Below, in pieces: positions 56,424 to 64,000 of a stretch of 64,000 bases of DNA. A program made the translations under genes and the position numbers. This stretch comes from a virus. Lineage: Duplodnaviria > Caudoviricetes. Positions within the stretch are counted from its first letter, which is position 1. Each line of letters starts with the position of its first letter. A model generated the notes under the pieces. The model was not told the origin of the DNA. It saw nothing but the letters and a program-made list of their open reading frames with translations, and did not search any database. The stretch is taken from positions 10,931-74,930 of IMG/VR virus record IMGVR_UViG_3300014613_000002. The stretch is one strand, 5' to 3'.

Positions 56424-56969
56424 ATGAAACAATACAAAGTTGGCGATGAGGTTTGGTGGGCGAGATGTGGAACTAGGGAGGTTAGAAAACCTTGCCCTAT
56501 ATGTTTCGGAGACAAGAAAGTCACTTTGACCCTAGGGAATGGAGACGAAGTCGTCTTACCTTGTGATTATTGTGGGCATGTACTCGGCGAGGAGCCTTCT
56601 GGAATGATTACGGAATATGAGTATCTGGCTGAACCAGAGCCTGCCACTATAACCAGGATATCCTCGGAAATCACAATAGCAGGAACTGAATACGAGTACT
56701 TTGCTGGTTGCTACAGGATAGAGGATGAGATGCTTTTTGATACTGAGCTGGGAGCAATCATGAAGTGTGCTGAAGTGAAAGAGAAATTAGAGAAAGAACA
56801 GATAACCAGAGCGGAATACATCAAGGCTGACAAGCTGAAGAGCTACTCGTGGAACGCAGGCTATCACCTGCGCAATGCCAAGAAAGACAGGAAAAGTGCT
56901 GAGTACCATGAAAAGATGGCTATACTTTGTAAGGATAGAGCTAAGGATGCGGACCAACGAGAGAACTAA
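56424..56969 (+). CDS. Hypothetical protein with Zn finger
   Basis: CPICFG...CDYCG. Confidence 0.6.
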   Translation: MKQYKVGDEVWWARCGTREVRKPCPICFGDKKVTLTLGNGDEVVLPCDYCGHVLGEEPSGMITEYEYLAEPEPATITRISSEITIAGTEYEYFAGCYRIEDEMLFDTELGAIMKCAEVKEKLEKEQITRAEYIKADKLKSYSWNAGYHLRNAKKDRKSAEYHEKMAILCKDRAKDADQREN

Positions 56970-56987
56970 CCACCAAAGAAGTAGAAA

Positions 56988-57437
56988 ATGGCTAAAGTGA
57001 TACTGCAATTTCCAAACCCAATCCTGAGCCAAGTCTCGCAACCAGTAACTCAGGTGGATTCGGCTGTAAGAGATTTAGCCAAGGAGCTGCTGTGTTGGTT
57101 TGAACTTACGAATCGCGTTGGCATTGCTGCAGTGCAGGTTGGAGAATTGCACAGGATTATAGCTGTGAGGCAAAACAGCGAAAGTCTGGTCATTATAAAT
57201 CCAGAAATAATCAAAACCTCCGAGCAATCGTATCCAAATATTGAAGGTTGCTTGAGCATAAACCACGGAGAATCGCTGTATGAAATCAAACGGTACAAAA
57301 TCGTGAAAGTTAGAGGCATTGACCTGAATGAGGAGCCTGTCACATACAAGTCACGGGGCTTGTTTGGTGCTGTATTGCAGCATGAAATTGACCACCTTAA
57401 TGGGAAAATGATAAACCAGAATGGGAAAATACATTGA
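56988..57437 (+). CDS. def: Peptide deformylase
   Basis: GIAAVQVG, EGCLS, QHEIDHLNG. Confidence 0.92.
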   Translation: MAKVILQFPNPILSQVSQPVTQVDSAVRDLAKELLCWFELTNRVGIAAVQVGELHRIIAVRQNSESLVIINPEIIKTSEQSYPNIEGCLSINHGESLYEIKRYKIVKVRGIDLNEEPVTYKSRGLFGAVLQHEIDHLNGKMINQNGKIH

Positions 57438-58039
57438 GAGGAGGTGAGACTGGAATGAAAGAGCACCCAATTATAATGTCAAGTGAATTAGTGCCGAAGG
57501 TTCTTGATGGCACCAAAACTCAAACCCGCAGGACTAGAGGTCTAGATGGGATAAACAGGAATCCCGACAACTGGATTTATAAAGGATTTGTAGAGGGATG
57601 TGCTGATTTCTCTCCTAAGGTTCAGGAGGGATACAAATCTGGATTGACCTATCATATTAAATGCTCCTATAGTATAGGAGACAGACTTTGGGTAAGGGAG
57701 ACTTGGAAGCAAGCCACAATCCAACCTCCGTTCTGCAAGGAAACTACTCAATTAAGATATAAGGCTGATTACTTAGATAGTCCTGATACTGCTTATTGGG
57801 TTAAATGGCGTCCTTCAATTCATATGTTCCGCAAAGACTCCCGAATAAACCTAGATATTACTAATCTTCGTGCTGAGTTGCTACTAGGTATAAGTGAGGC
57901 AGATGCAAGAGCAGAAGGTTTTAACTCAATAGAAGAGTTCCTTATATATTGGGATATTAAAAATAAGAAGCGAGGCTATGGCAGGGACGCAAATCCTTGG
58001 GTATGGCCTATTGAATTTAAGCTATTGAAAGGAGGTTAA
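57434..58039 (+). CDS. ASCH-domain protein
   Basis: VLDGTKTQTRR, GDRLWVRETW, WRPSIHM, ISEADARAEG. Confidence 0.8.
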   Translation: MRGGETGMKEHPIIMSSELVPKVLDGTKTQTRRTRGLDGINRNPDNWIYKGFVEGCADFSPKVQEGYKSGLTYHIKCSYSIGDRLWVRETWKQATIQPPFCKETTQLRYKADYLDSPDTAYWVKWRPSIHMFRKDSRINLDITNLRAELLLGISEADARAEGFNSIEEFLIYWDIKNKKRGYGRDANPWVWPIEFKLLKGG

Positions 58040-58042
58040 AAA

Positions 58043-58315
58043 ATGGAAACAATCCAAGGCATTGAAGTGAAGCCAACCAAGCCCTGGCCCTTCAGTGAGC
58101 GGTCGACCAGAAACTGCTGCCACTGCAAGACCTACAATTCAGATGGCAAGGCAAAGGTTTACTGCTCCAAGGGCAAGTGCCTATCTAGGGGCTATCCACA
58201 CGACGGCAGATACGGGATAAGTTTATCTGTTGTCCTCAAGTCGGCAAGGTGGGCGTCTGAGGCTTGCCAAAGTTGTGAGTATTTTGAGCATGATATAGAA
58301 GGAGGTGACAAATGA
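58043..58315 (+). CDS. Cys-rich protein
   Basis: CCHC...C..G...CQSC. Confidence 0.5.
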   Translation: METIQGIEVKPTKPWPFSERSTRNCCHCKTYNSDGKAKVYCSKGKCLSRGYPHDGRYGISLSVVLKSARWASEACQSCEYFEHDIEGGDK

Positions 58316-58548
58316 AGGTTAGCCAAGAAAAAGTAAAAGCTGAGTTCATTCCCATCACAATCACACTTGAGACTGAGGAAGAGGCAAACTTTATGTGGCA
58401 CATGCTAAACTGTCTAGAAAGTAGGGCACTTCTGGACTACTGGGGGGAATATGCAGTTGGGGAGTTTCCAACAGAATTGGAAACTAATATGTGGAAAGCG
58501 TTTGCTGGTTGCTATTCTCTGGAAGAACATAAGAAAAGTAAAACCTAG
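58312..58548 (+). CDS. Hypothetical protein
   Basis: FIPITITLETEEE. Confidence 0.55.
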   Translation: MKVSQEKVKAEFIPITITLETEEEANFMWHMLNCLESRALLDYWGEYAVGEFPTELETNMWKAFAGCYSLEEHKKSKT

Positions 58549-58557
58549 AGGCCTGAT

Positions 58558-58586
58558 TTGACAAGCAGTGGATAGTGTGATATAAT
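58558..58586 (+). promoter_or_regulatory. sigma70-type promoter
   Basis: TTGACA-17-TATAAT; shares ATTTGACAAG...GTGTGATATAAT with the promoter at 1103. Confidence 0.8.
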
Positions 58587-58779
58587 AGTTACATAATGGT
58601 AAAGCAAGTGAAAGAGTGCAAAACTTGTTATCATCATCGAGACGGAATCTGCCAGCTATTTGATTTCGAGTGCGTCAACGATAAAACCAAGACATCCTAT
58701 GTAACCCCTGAGAAGTGGCAGGAACAGCAGGATGAATATGTGGGAAGAAGGCAGAAAGTAAAAGGAAGGAGATAATTGA

Positions 58780-59001
58780 ATGAAAGACAAAATGATATGG
58801 AATACTAAGAAAACTGCCTCAGTTCGAATATCCAAACTTGAAAATATCACAATTACTGTATCCCCAGATGAGACCTTCGAGGTTAAAGGATGGTTTAATA
58901 ATGATGAATCATTTTACTTTGGAAATTTTACTTTCTTGGACGAAGCTAGAGAATATGTCGAAAAAGAAATCCATAAGCAGTTTGAGGAGGTAAGTGAATG
59001 A
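58780..59001 (+). CDS. Hypothetical protein
   Basis: RBS. Confidence 0.5.
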   Translation: MKDKMIWNTKKTASVRISKLENITITVSPDETFEVKGWFNNDESFYFGNFTFLDEAREYVEKEIHKQFEEVSE

Positions 59002-59201
59002 AAGAGGAACTTACCCTACGACCGAGATTTAAAAAAATACAGATAAGTCAAGTTCCCCCTGAACTTATTAGAGTTAGGGATAATTGGAGACATTACTGGC
59101 AATGGATACCAGTTATTGGAAGCCTCTATCACCGATTCGTGTATGTAAGAAAATGGGGCAAATGGACTTTGGCTAACAATATTGGAATAATCGAACATTA
59201 A
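58998..59201 (+). CDS. Hypothetical protein
   Basis: Operon ORF. Confidence 0.45.
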   Translation: MKEELTLRPRFKKIQISQVPPELIRVRDNWRHYWQWIPVIGSLYHRFVYVRKWGKWTLANNIGIIEH

Positions 59202-59219
59202 GAAAAGGGAGGTAATTGA

Positions 59220-59480
59220 ATGAACGAGAAGGAACTTAGAGAGAAGATAGACCAAGTCTTGCAAGAGGAAATGATAACAATTGGTACTTCTGTAGAGGAT
59301 GCCAAGACAGGGCAAATGTGGGCTTTCGATTCTGAGCGCCTATCAAAGAAAATCCTCACTATCGTCAAAGAAGCTGGCTACCTTAGTCTTTTGGCGGAGG
59401 AAAGACAGCGGCTAACGGTGTGCAAGCAGAAGCTAGATGAGGTTCAGGGAGTGCTTAGAAAACTGGAGGTAATTGAGTGA
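59220..59480 (+). CDS. Hypothetical protein
   Basis: RBS. Confidence 0.5.
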   Translation: MNEKELREKIDQVLQEEMITIGTSVEDAKTGQMWAFDSERLSKKILTIVKEAGYLSLLAEERQRLTVCKQKLDEVQGVLRKLEVIE

Positions 59481-60715
59481 CCCAGAAAGAAGAACTGTTA
59501 AGACAATCCAAAGAAAGAGGGCTGAGCACAACTGAAGCACATGTGCTCTCGATAGACCCGTTTTTCTGTGGTACAAAGAAGGACTATGATGATGCTAATT
59601 GGATTGCGCCGTTGTGGGATAGAATGATGGCAACTAGGAAAAAGCCTCTGCACCTGAGAGGATTTCACTATTGGGTCATGTCTAGTCGGATTAAAAAATT
59701 GGATGGCAGCTATTATGCTACTGACCCAGTCAAAGACTGGAGCTACTTGCTGCATTGTGCCCAGATTGCCAGATATCTAGGTATTGGAGATTGGAAAGGT
59801 TTAGTCGATTTGAAGCACCCAGAACCCAGCGACTACAACCTTTATGCTGTGGAATCTGGGCTATCCAACAGTGGAGAGGTCAATGTTCAGGAGGAACTTA
59901 ACACTAGGTTAGAAAACATAGTAGAAGACCTCATAGCTGGTTTGCTGAAGCAAGCTCCAAGATACTACACAGAATACTATCAGACATTCCATTGTGAAAT
60001 CTGGTGCGAAAAAGGCTCAATGGGGTTTGTTATCGAACCAGCCTGTAAGAAATATAAAGCTTGTTATCAGTCACTTGTTGGTCAGGCATCAGTTGAAAAG
60101 GTGAGAATGAGCTATGAACGAGCACTCAAGGCGGCTAGAGCTGGTAAGAAGGTAAGAATCTGGTACATCAGCGATTTCGACAGGTATGGGATGAGTATGA
60201 TTCCAGCAGTCGCCAGAAAGCTAGAGTTCTTCAGTCAGCAAGAGGACTTAGATATTAAATTAACTAGGCTTGCCTTGAATGAGGAACAGATTGATAAATA
60301 CAAGCTACCAAAGGCTCCAAAACACGGAGAGGAAGTAGTTGAGTTAGATGCTCTTGAGGCTATACACCCTGGTGAACTTGGCAAGATTATTGAAGGAGCA
60401 ATGAGGCCATATTACGATAGCGAGAAGCCAAAGCTTGTGGAAGAGGAAAACAGGAAGATAAGAGAAAGGGCAAGGAATCTGATTGAGAGCAAGCTCAGGG
60501 AGCCATTGGAGGAGATATTTTCTGGGCTTGACCTAGAAGGTGTGGCTGATGGATTTAGCTTGAAGGATACCCTAGATGAGGAGTTCGAGCCACCTGAGCC
60601 TGGGCACGAAGTTGTCGAAAGTGACTCATGGGTTTACGATAGCGATAGAACTTACTGGCAACAATGGGATGAGTATAAGAAATACAAGGCCAGTCGTCAG
60701 GAAGAAGAAGCATGA
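59477..60715 (+). CDS. Topoisomerase VI-A/JetD-like TOPRIM protein
   Basis: LRGFHY; EIWCEK; WYISDFDRYG; ELDALE. Confidence 0.75.
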   Translation: MTQKEELLRQSKERGLSTTEAHVLSIDPFFCGTKKDYDDANWIAPLWDRMMATRKKPLHLRGFHYWVMSSRIKKLDGSYYATDPVKDWSYLLHCAQIARYLGIGDWKGLVDLKHPEPSDYNLYAVESGLSNSGEVNVQEELNTRLENIVEDLIAGLLKQAPRYYTEYYQTFHCEIWCEKGSMGFVIEPACKKYKACYQSLVGQASVEKVRMSYERALKAARAGKKVRIWYISDFDRYGMSMIPAVARKLEFFSQQEDLDIKLTRLALNEEQIDKYKLPKAPKHGEEVVELDALEAIHPGELGKIIEGAMRPYYDSEKPKLVEEENRKIRERARNLIESKLREPLEEIFSGLDLEGVADGFSLKDTLDEEFEPPEPGHEVVESDSWVYDSDRTYWQQWDEYKKYKASRQEEEA

Positions 60716-60873
60716 ACTACAATCAGCTAAAAACCAGAAGCCAGTATTATCAACCGCTTTGCATAAAAGCCATAAGGCGGCACAAGCAGATTGTCAAGGA
60801 AACGAATATGGCTCAGCATAGCAAGGGGAGAAAGAATCTTGCCAAGGGTATGTCCTAAATGTGAGGGGAAGAA

Positions 60874-61131
60874 ATGAAGGTTAGAGACCGTACCAAAAGC
60901 TCCAGTGAGTACAAGGGCAGGTCAACTTATGCAATAGACAAATATTGCCCCTGCCGCTCATGCTGGAATTCACATGATTGTGGCAAATTTGAAGGAGGCA
61001 GATGGCATGCCAATATGGCATGCGCTACCAATTACAACACAGGATGCCCAAATCCTTTACCTGAACCACAACACATTTGGAAGGGGAAAACCTGTGTGAG
61101 GTGTGGAGCAAGGTTAAAAATAGATAAGTGA
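60874..61131 (+). CDS. Cys/His-rich Zn-binding protein
   Basis: CPCRSC..HDC...C...CVRCG. Confidence 0.6.
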   Translation: MKVRDRTKSSSEYKGRSTYAIDKYCPCRSCWNSHDCGKFEGGRWHANMACATNYNTGCPNPLPEPQHIWKGKTCVRCGARLKIDK

Positions 61132-61141
61132 CAATGTACGA

Positions 61142-61191
61142 GGTGTGGCAAGGCGAAGTATGGCGAGGCGTAGCATAGCTGAGCAAGGCAT
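61142..61191 (+). repeat. Pentamer array 1 (RGY-NN x10), candidate guide RNA
   Basis: GGTGT GGCAA GGCGA AGTAT GGCGA GGCGT AGCAT AGCTG AGCAA GGCAT. Confidence 0.85.
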
Positions 61192-61213
61192 AAAATAAAA
61201 AAGGAGGATAAAA

Positions 61214-61792
61214 ATGGAACCAGGCAAAATGAAAGTGGCTAAAATCAACATTACTCTAAGCGGGCTAGCAGACATTATGTTCGACAAGTTTGTTGGACAG
61301 GGACCAGACCCAGGAATACCAGAGCAAAAGTTGTATATGGTTGAAAATAACCAAGTTGTGCTACCATCAGAGAATATTTATGCTTTCTTGCTTAGCGAGA
61401 ACCCGGCGGGGTGCGCTAAGGCATTTGAAGGCAAAAAAGGGAAAGAATACATCAGGATGGGGCAGGGGCATCTTACTGTTTCTCCAGATATGATTCCTTT
61501 TACACAAGACAATAAACAAGTAGTTTTTAAGGAATTTGGCGAGACCTTCTATGTCTCCCAGTATGCCCCAAGAGTCAAGTCGGGTAGCCTGAGTATCAAG
61601 CAAAACATCAGGCTGAGACCAGTATTACGATTGCCCTGGGAGCTATCATTCCAGATTACGCTGTTTGATAATAAATTGATTGATGATAACAGATTGCATA
61701 ACTGGTTTGACCGTGGCGGTATTGAGATAGCGTTGGGCACTTATCGTCCTAGGTTTGGCAGATTTATGGTGAAGGAATTTAAGACCGAATGA
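61214..61792 (+). CDS. Stand-alone Cas7/RAMP-like RNA-binding protein (Vipr-like)
   Basis: Beta1 INITLSGLADIMF; VVLPSENIYAFL (cf. IPGSSxKG); thumb hairpin; WELSFQITL; G-loop ALGTYRPRFGRFMV. Confidence 0.75.
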   Translation: MEPGKMKVAKINITLSGLADIMFDKFVGQGPDPGIPEQKLYMVENNQVVLPSENIYAFLLSENPAGCAKAFEGKKGKEYIRMGQGHLTVSPDMIPFTQDNKQVVFKEFGETFYVSQYAPRVKSGSLSIKQNIRLRPVLRLPWELSFQITLFDNKLIDDNRLHNWFDRGGIEIALGTYRPRFGRFMVKEFKTE

Positions 61793-61810
61793 TAAACATA
61801 GGAGAATCGC

Positions 61811-61880
61811 AGCAAGGCAGGGCGGGGCTAGGCGTGGCGGAGCCCAGCGTGGCGGAGCGAGGCACAACTTGGCAAGGCGA
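61811..61880 (+). repeat. Pentamer array 2 (RGY-NN x14), candidate guide RNA
   Basis: AGCAA GGCAG GGCGG GGCTA GGCGT GGCGG AGCCC AGCGT GGCGG AGCGA GGCAC AACTT GGCAA GGCGA. Confidence 0.88.
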
Positions 61881-61901
61881 AATATTTAATAAGGAGGGAA
61901 C

Positions 61902-62198
61902 ATGGAAATAGAAGAAAAGCTCAAGAATAGAATTATAGAAATAGCAGACACTGGACTAGGCAGCATAGATGATTATTTCAAGGACACCGAGGTAGACCCT
62001 GGCAAAGTTAGCATGGCCTTCAAGATATTAAACCAGGCCACGAAGGTCTTGCACATGAATCAGGTAAGAGTTTTAACTGAAAGGTCGCAGGCTCTGAGGC
62101 TGTTAAGGTGGCTGCCTAACGACGAAGCAAGAAATGAGTATATCAAGATAACTAACCCGAAAGCAGCACCGCTGTTACTCAAAAGGCCAGAGAGCTAG
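61902..62198 (+). CDS. Helical hypothetical protein inside the RAMP cassette
   Basis: RBS immediately after array 2. Confidence 0.6.
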   Translation: MEIEEKLKNRIIEIADTGLGSIDDYFKDTEVDPGKVSMAFKILNQATKVLHMNQVRVLTERSQALRLLRWLPNDEARNEYIKITNPKAAPLLLKRPES

Positions 62199-62250
62199 GA
62201 GAATAGGCTTGGATGTGGAGCAAAGTTAGAAATTGAAAGGAGGTAATTGA

Positions 62251-62454
62251 ATGAGAAAGTTTGTAGCAAGAATGGTGCTTGATGAGCACCAGCCCGTGAC
62301 TCTCAAAATAATAAGATGTGCTGAGATTGCTGGCCAGGAAGGCGAAGAGAAGGAAAAAGAGGAATTGCTTGATATCGCTGAGAAATGTCTAGAAGTTGAG
62401 AAACTATTGTTAATTCATTTGCCGAAAGAGCAGTTAAAGAAGAATGGATGTTAA
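62251..62454 (+). CDS. Hypothetical protein
   Basis: RBS. Confidence 0.5.
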   Translation: MRKFVARMVLDEHQPVTLKIIRCAEIAGQEGEEKEKEELLDIAEKCLEVEKLLLIHLPKEQLKKNGC

Positions 62455-62465
62455 AGGAGAAATAA

Positions 62466-62654
62466 ATGGCTAGATGTATCAATGATTTAACTAAATATAA
62501 TTGCAAGCCAATTCTCGGAACTATCACAGGCAGGCTTGCATTAAGGTCTGAGCCTACTCCAAGATGGTCAGTGGGGCAAGCACTCGCCTTCATTGGGGAG
62601 CAAGCATATCCGCCTGAGGAAATGGCTAGGATAGCTAGAGCGAATGTTAGATAG
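62466..62654 (+). CDS. Hypothetical protein
   Basis: RBS. Confidence 0.45.
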   Translation: MARCINDLTKYNCKPILGTITGRLALRSEPTPRWSVGQALAFIGEQAYPPEEMARIARANVR

Positions 62655-63435
62655 TTTATTAGAACATGGAGGCAAGCACTTTGCAAAGCAGCCATTTGCT
62701 AAATTTTATAAGCAAGTTTATAATATAGCAAGTTCAATGAAAAAAACACTATATCCTTTAAATGAGATTAAAAAGCTCTACCTTGAAGAACAATTGCCTA
62801 GTAATCTTATTGCAGAAAAATTAGGCATTTCTAGAACCAGCGTTCAACGTCGGCTTCACGACCTTGGTGTTATGCGAACTGCTGCTGAGACCTATAAAAT
62901 TGGTGTTATAAAGGGTCGCATTAAACTATCTGGGTGCGCTAAATTCCACCCCGACCTTAACTCCAATTCTATAGCTGAAATGTATACACTCGGTAAAAAA
63001 TCAGCTAAGGAAATTGCTGAAAGGTTTGGAACTAGTCATGCAACAATTGTATGTCGCTTACGTAAATTGGGTATCCAACTTAGGGACAGGTCTGAAGCTA
63101 GACAGCTCGCCTATAAAACAGGCAGGTGGCAACCAGCAAATTTGCGAGAGGATAGAATTAAAGACAACCAAGGCTATATACTAGTTCGTGTTGAGGGTAA
63201 AAGAAAACGTGAGCACATTCTAGTCTGGGAGCAAAGTCATGGACATCTTCCTAAAGGATGGATTATCCACCATATAAACGGCAAAAGAGACGATAATCGC
63301 CTTGAGAATTTGATGGCAATGCCCAAAAAGAATCACACACCATATCTCTTATTGCAAGCCGTTCAAAAACGGCTACGTCATGTAGAAGCCAAGTTAGCAG
63401 CAATTGAGGGACAGAAGGAATTTAATGTTCAGTGA
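62644..63435 (+). CDS. HNH homing endonuclease with two HTH modules
   Basis: REHILVWEQSHGHLPKGWIIHHINGKRDDNRLENL. Confidence 0.9.
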   Translation: MLDSLLEHGGKHFAKQPFAKFYKQVYNIASSMKKTLYPLNEIKKLYLEEQLPSNLIAEKLGISRTSVQRRLHDLGVMRTAAETYKIGVIKGRIKLSGCAKFHPDLNSNSIAEMYTLGKKSAKEIAERFGTSHATIVCRLRKLGIQLRDRSEARQLAYKTGRWQPANLREDRIKDNQGYILVRVEGKRKREHILVWEQSHGHLPKGWIIHHINGKRDDNRLENLMAMPKKNHTPYLLLQAVQKRLRHVEAKLAAIEGQKEFNVQ

Positions 63436-63607
63436 GGAAATGGGGGGGAAACACTTCTCAAAGCAGCTGATTATAAGCTGGACGAAAGAGGTTGGCACAA
63501 CCGACCTAGAGACCCTTTGCGTATTCACAGGTTTGCCTAATAAGCTGCTACTGCCTTTGCTCCATGAGCTTGAGGAGGAAGGAGCATTAAAGAAGATAAG
63601 GAGATGA
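63404..63607 (+). CDS. Small winged-helix-like protein (likely start MFSEEM)
   Basis: LETLCVFTGLPNKLLLPLLHELEEEGALKK. Confidence 0.55.
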   Translation: MRDRRNLMFSEEMGGKHFSKQLIISWTKEVGTTDLETLCVFTGLPNKLLLPLLHELEEEGALKKIRR

Positions 63608-63780
63608 GAACTCCACTAATCCAAGCAACTGAAGACAAAACGCTCATTCGGATTGACACCCGTTGCTATGAGCATGATGATAAGTACATCAAGGAGATAG
63701 CACCTGAGGAATTCTGGAAGAGGATAAAAGGCAAAGAGTTGGAGACATTTGACCCTAGCCTTTTTGGAAGACGGGAATAA
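63604..63780 (+). CDS. Hypothetical protein (58 aa)
   Basis: ATGA coupling; MRTPLIQATEDK. Confidence 0.45.
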   Translation: MRTPLIQATEDKTLIRIDTRCYEHDDKYIKEIAPEEFWKRIKGKELETFDPSLFGRRE

Positions 63781-64000
63781 TACCAAAATGTTTTGCAAAG
63801 GAGGTGCAAGCATGAAGAACAGCAAGTCAAGAAAGGAGGTGCCAAGATTGAAGAGATAATCTCTGTCGAGCAATCACAAGTATCAGCAAGGAAGATAATG
63901 GAAGAGCTTGCTGTCACTGGCAACTACCAGTTGGTTGAAAGGTCGGATGGTAGCATCATATACAGCAAGGATGAGGATGGGAAGCATATCAGCTTATCCG

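Larger units (their letters stand above)
1..64000. mobile_element. Segment of a tailless (Varidnaviria-like) bacterial virus or provirus genome
   Basis: Dense phage-type ORFs; FtsK/HerA packaging ATPase plus jelly-roll-like structural genes; no recognisable terminase, portal, tail or host housekeeping operons. Confidence 0.8.

Noticed and set aside
61646-61867. Minus-strand ORF with LAPPR/WAPPR repeats
   Set aside because: It is the antisense translation of pentamer array 2, not a protein repeat.
61142-61880. Canonical CRISPR array or cas operon
   Set aside because: No 23-47 nt repeats with spacers and no cas1/2/3/5/6.
61811-61880. NN dinucleotides read as codons give a plausible peptide (for example GYVGPVG)
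   Set aside because: The reverse reading is equally plausible, so it is not evidence; by eye I found no matching protein in the window.
1-64000. tRNA, rRNA, reverse transcriptase/DGR, self-splicing introns, terminase, DNA polymerase
   Set aside because: No supporting motifs seen by eye; absence is not proven without tRNAscan, Infernal and HMM searches.

Overview
The whole window looks like one bacterial virus (or provirus) genome segment with a tailless, probably membrane-containing icosahedral virion. A ~40 kb minus-strand morphogenesis region (50949->10513) encodes an FtsK/HerA (A32/P9-like) packaging ATPase, a ~180 aa candidate single-jelly-roll capsid protein, many spike and vertex paralogs, basic core peptides and six predicted peptidases. 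I recognise no terminase, portal, tail or muralytic enzyme. Plus-strand arms (275-10512, 51027-64000) carry replication and accessory genes (AAA_25 helicase with adjacent putative origin, ERCC4 nuclease, TOPRIM protein, tyrosine recombinase, YopX x2, MazG-like, ASCH, peptide deformylase, LuxR HTH). About a dozen endonucleases, mostly homing-type, are scattered through both parts. Near-consensus TTGACA-17-TATAAT promoters and strong GGAGG sites indicate a bacterial host. Top signal: a stand-alone Cas7/RAMP-like gene (61214-61792) flanked by two arrays of strictly 5-nt-periodic RGY-NN units, a candidate non-CRISPR RNA-guided module. Other highlights: modular proteins punctuated by Asn-Pro motifs, a spike gene set that appears to assemble by beta-strand donation, and several structured non-coding elements. 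All assignments are motif-level, by eye; no searches were run.
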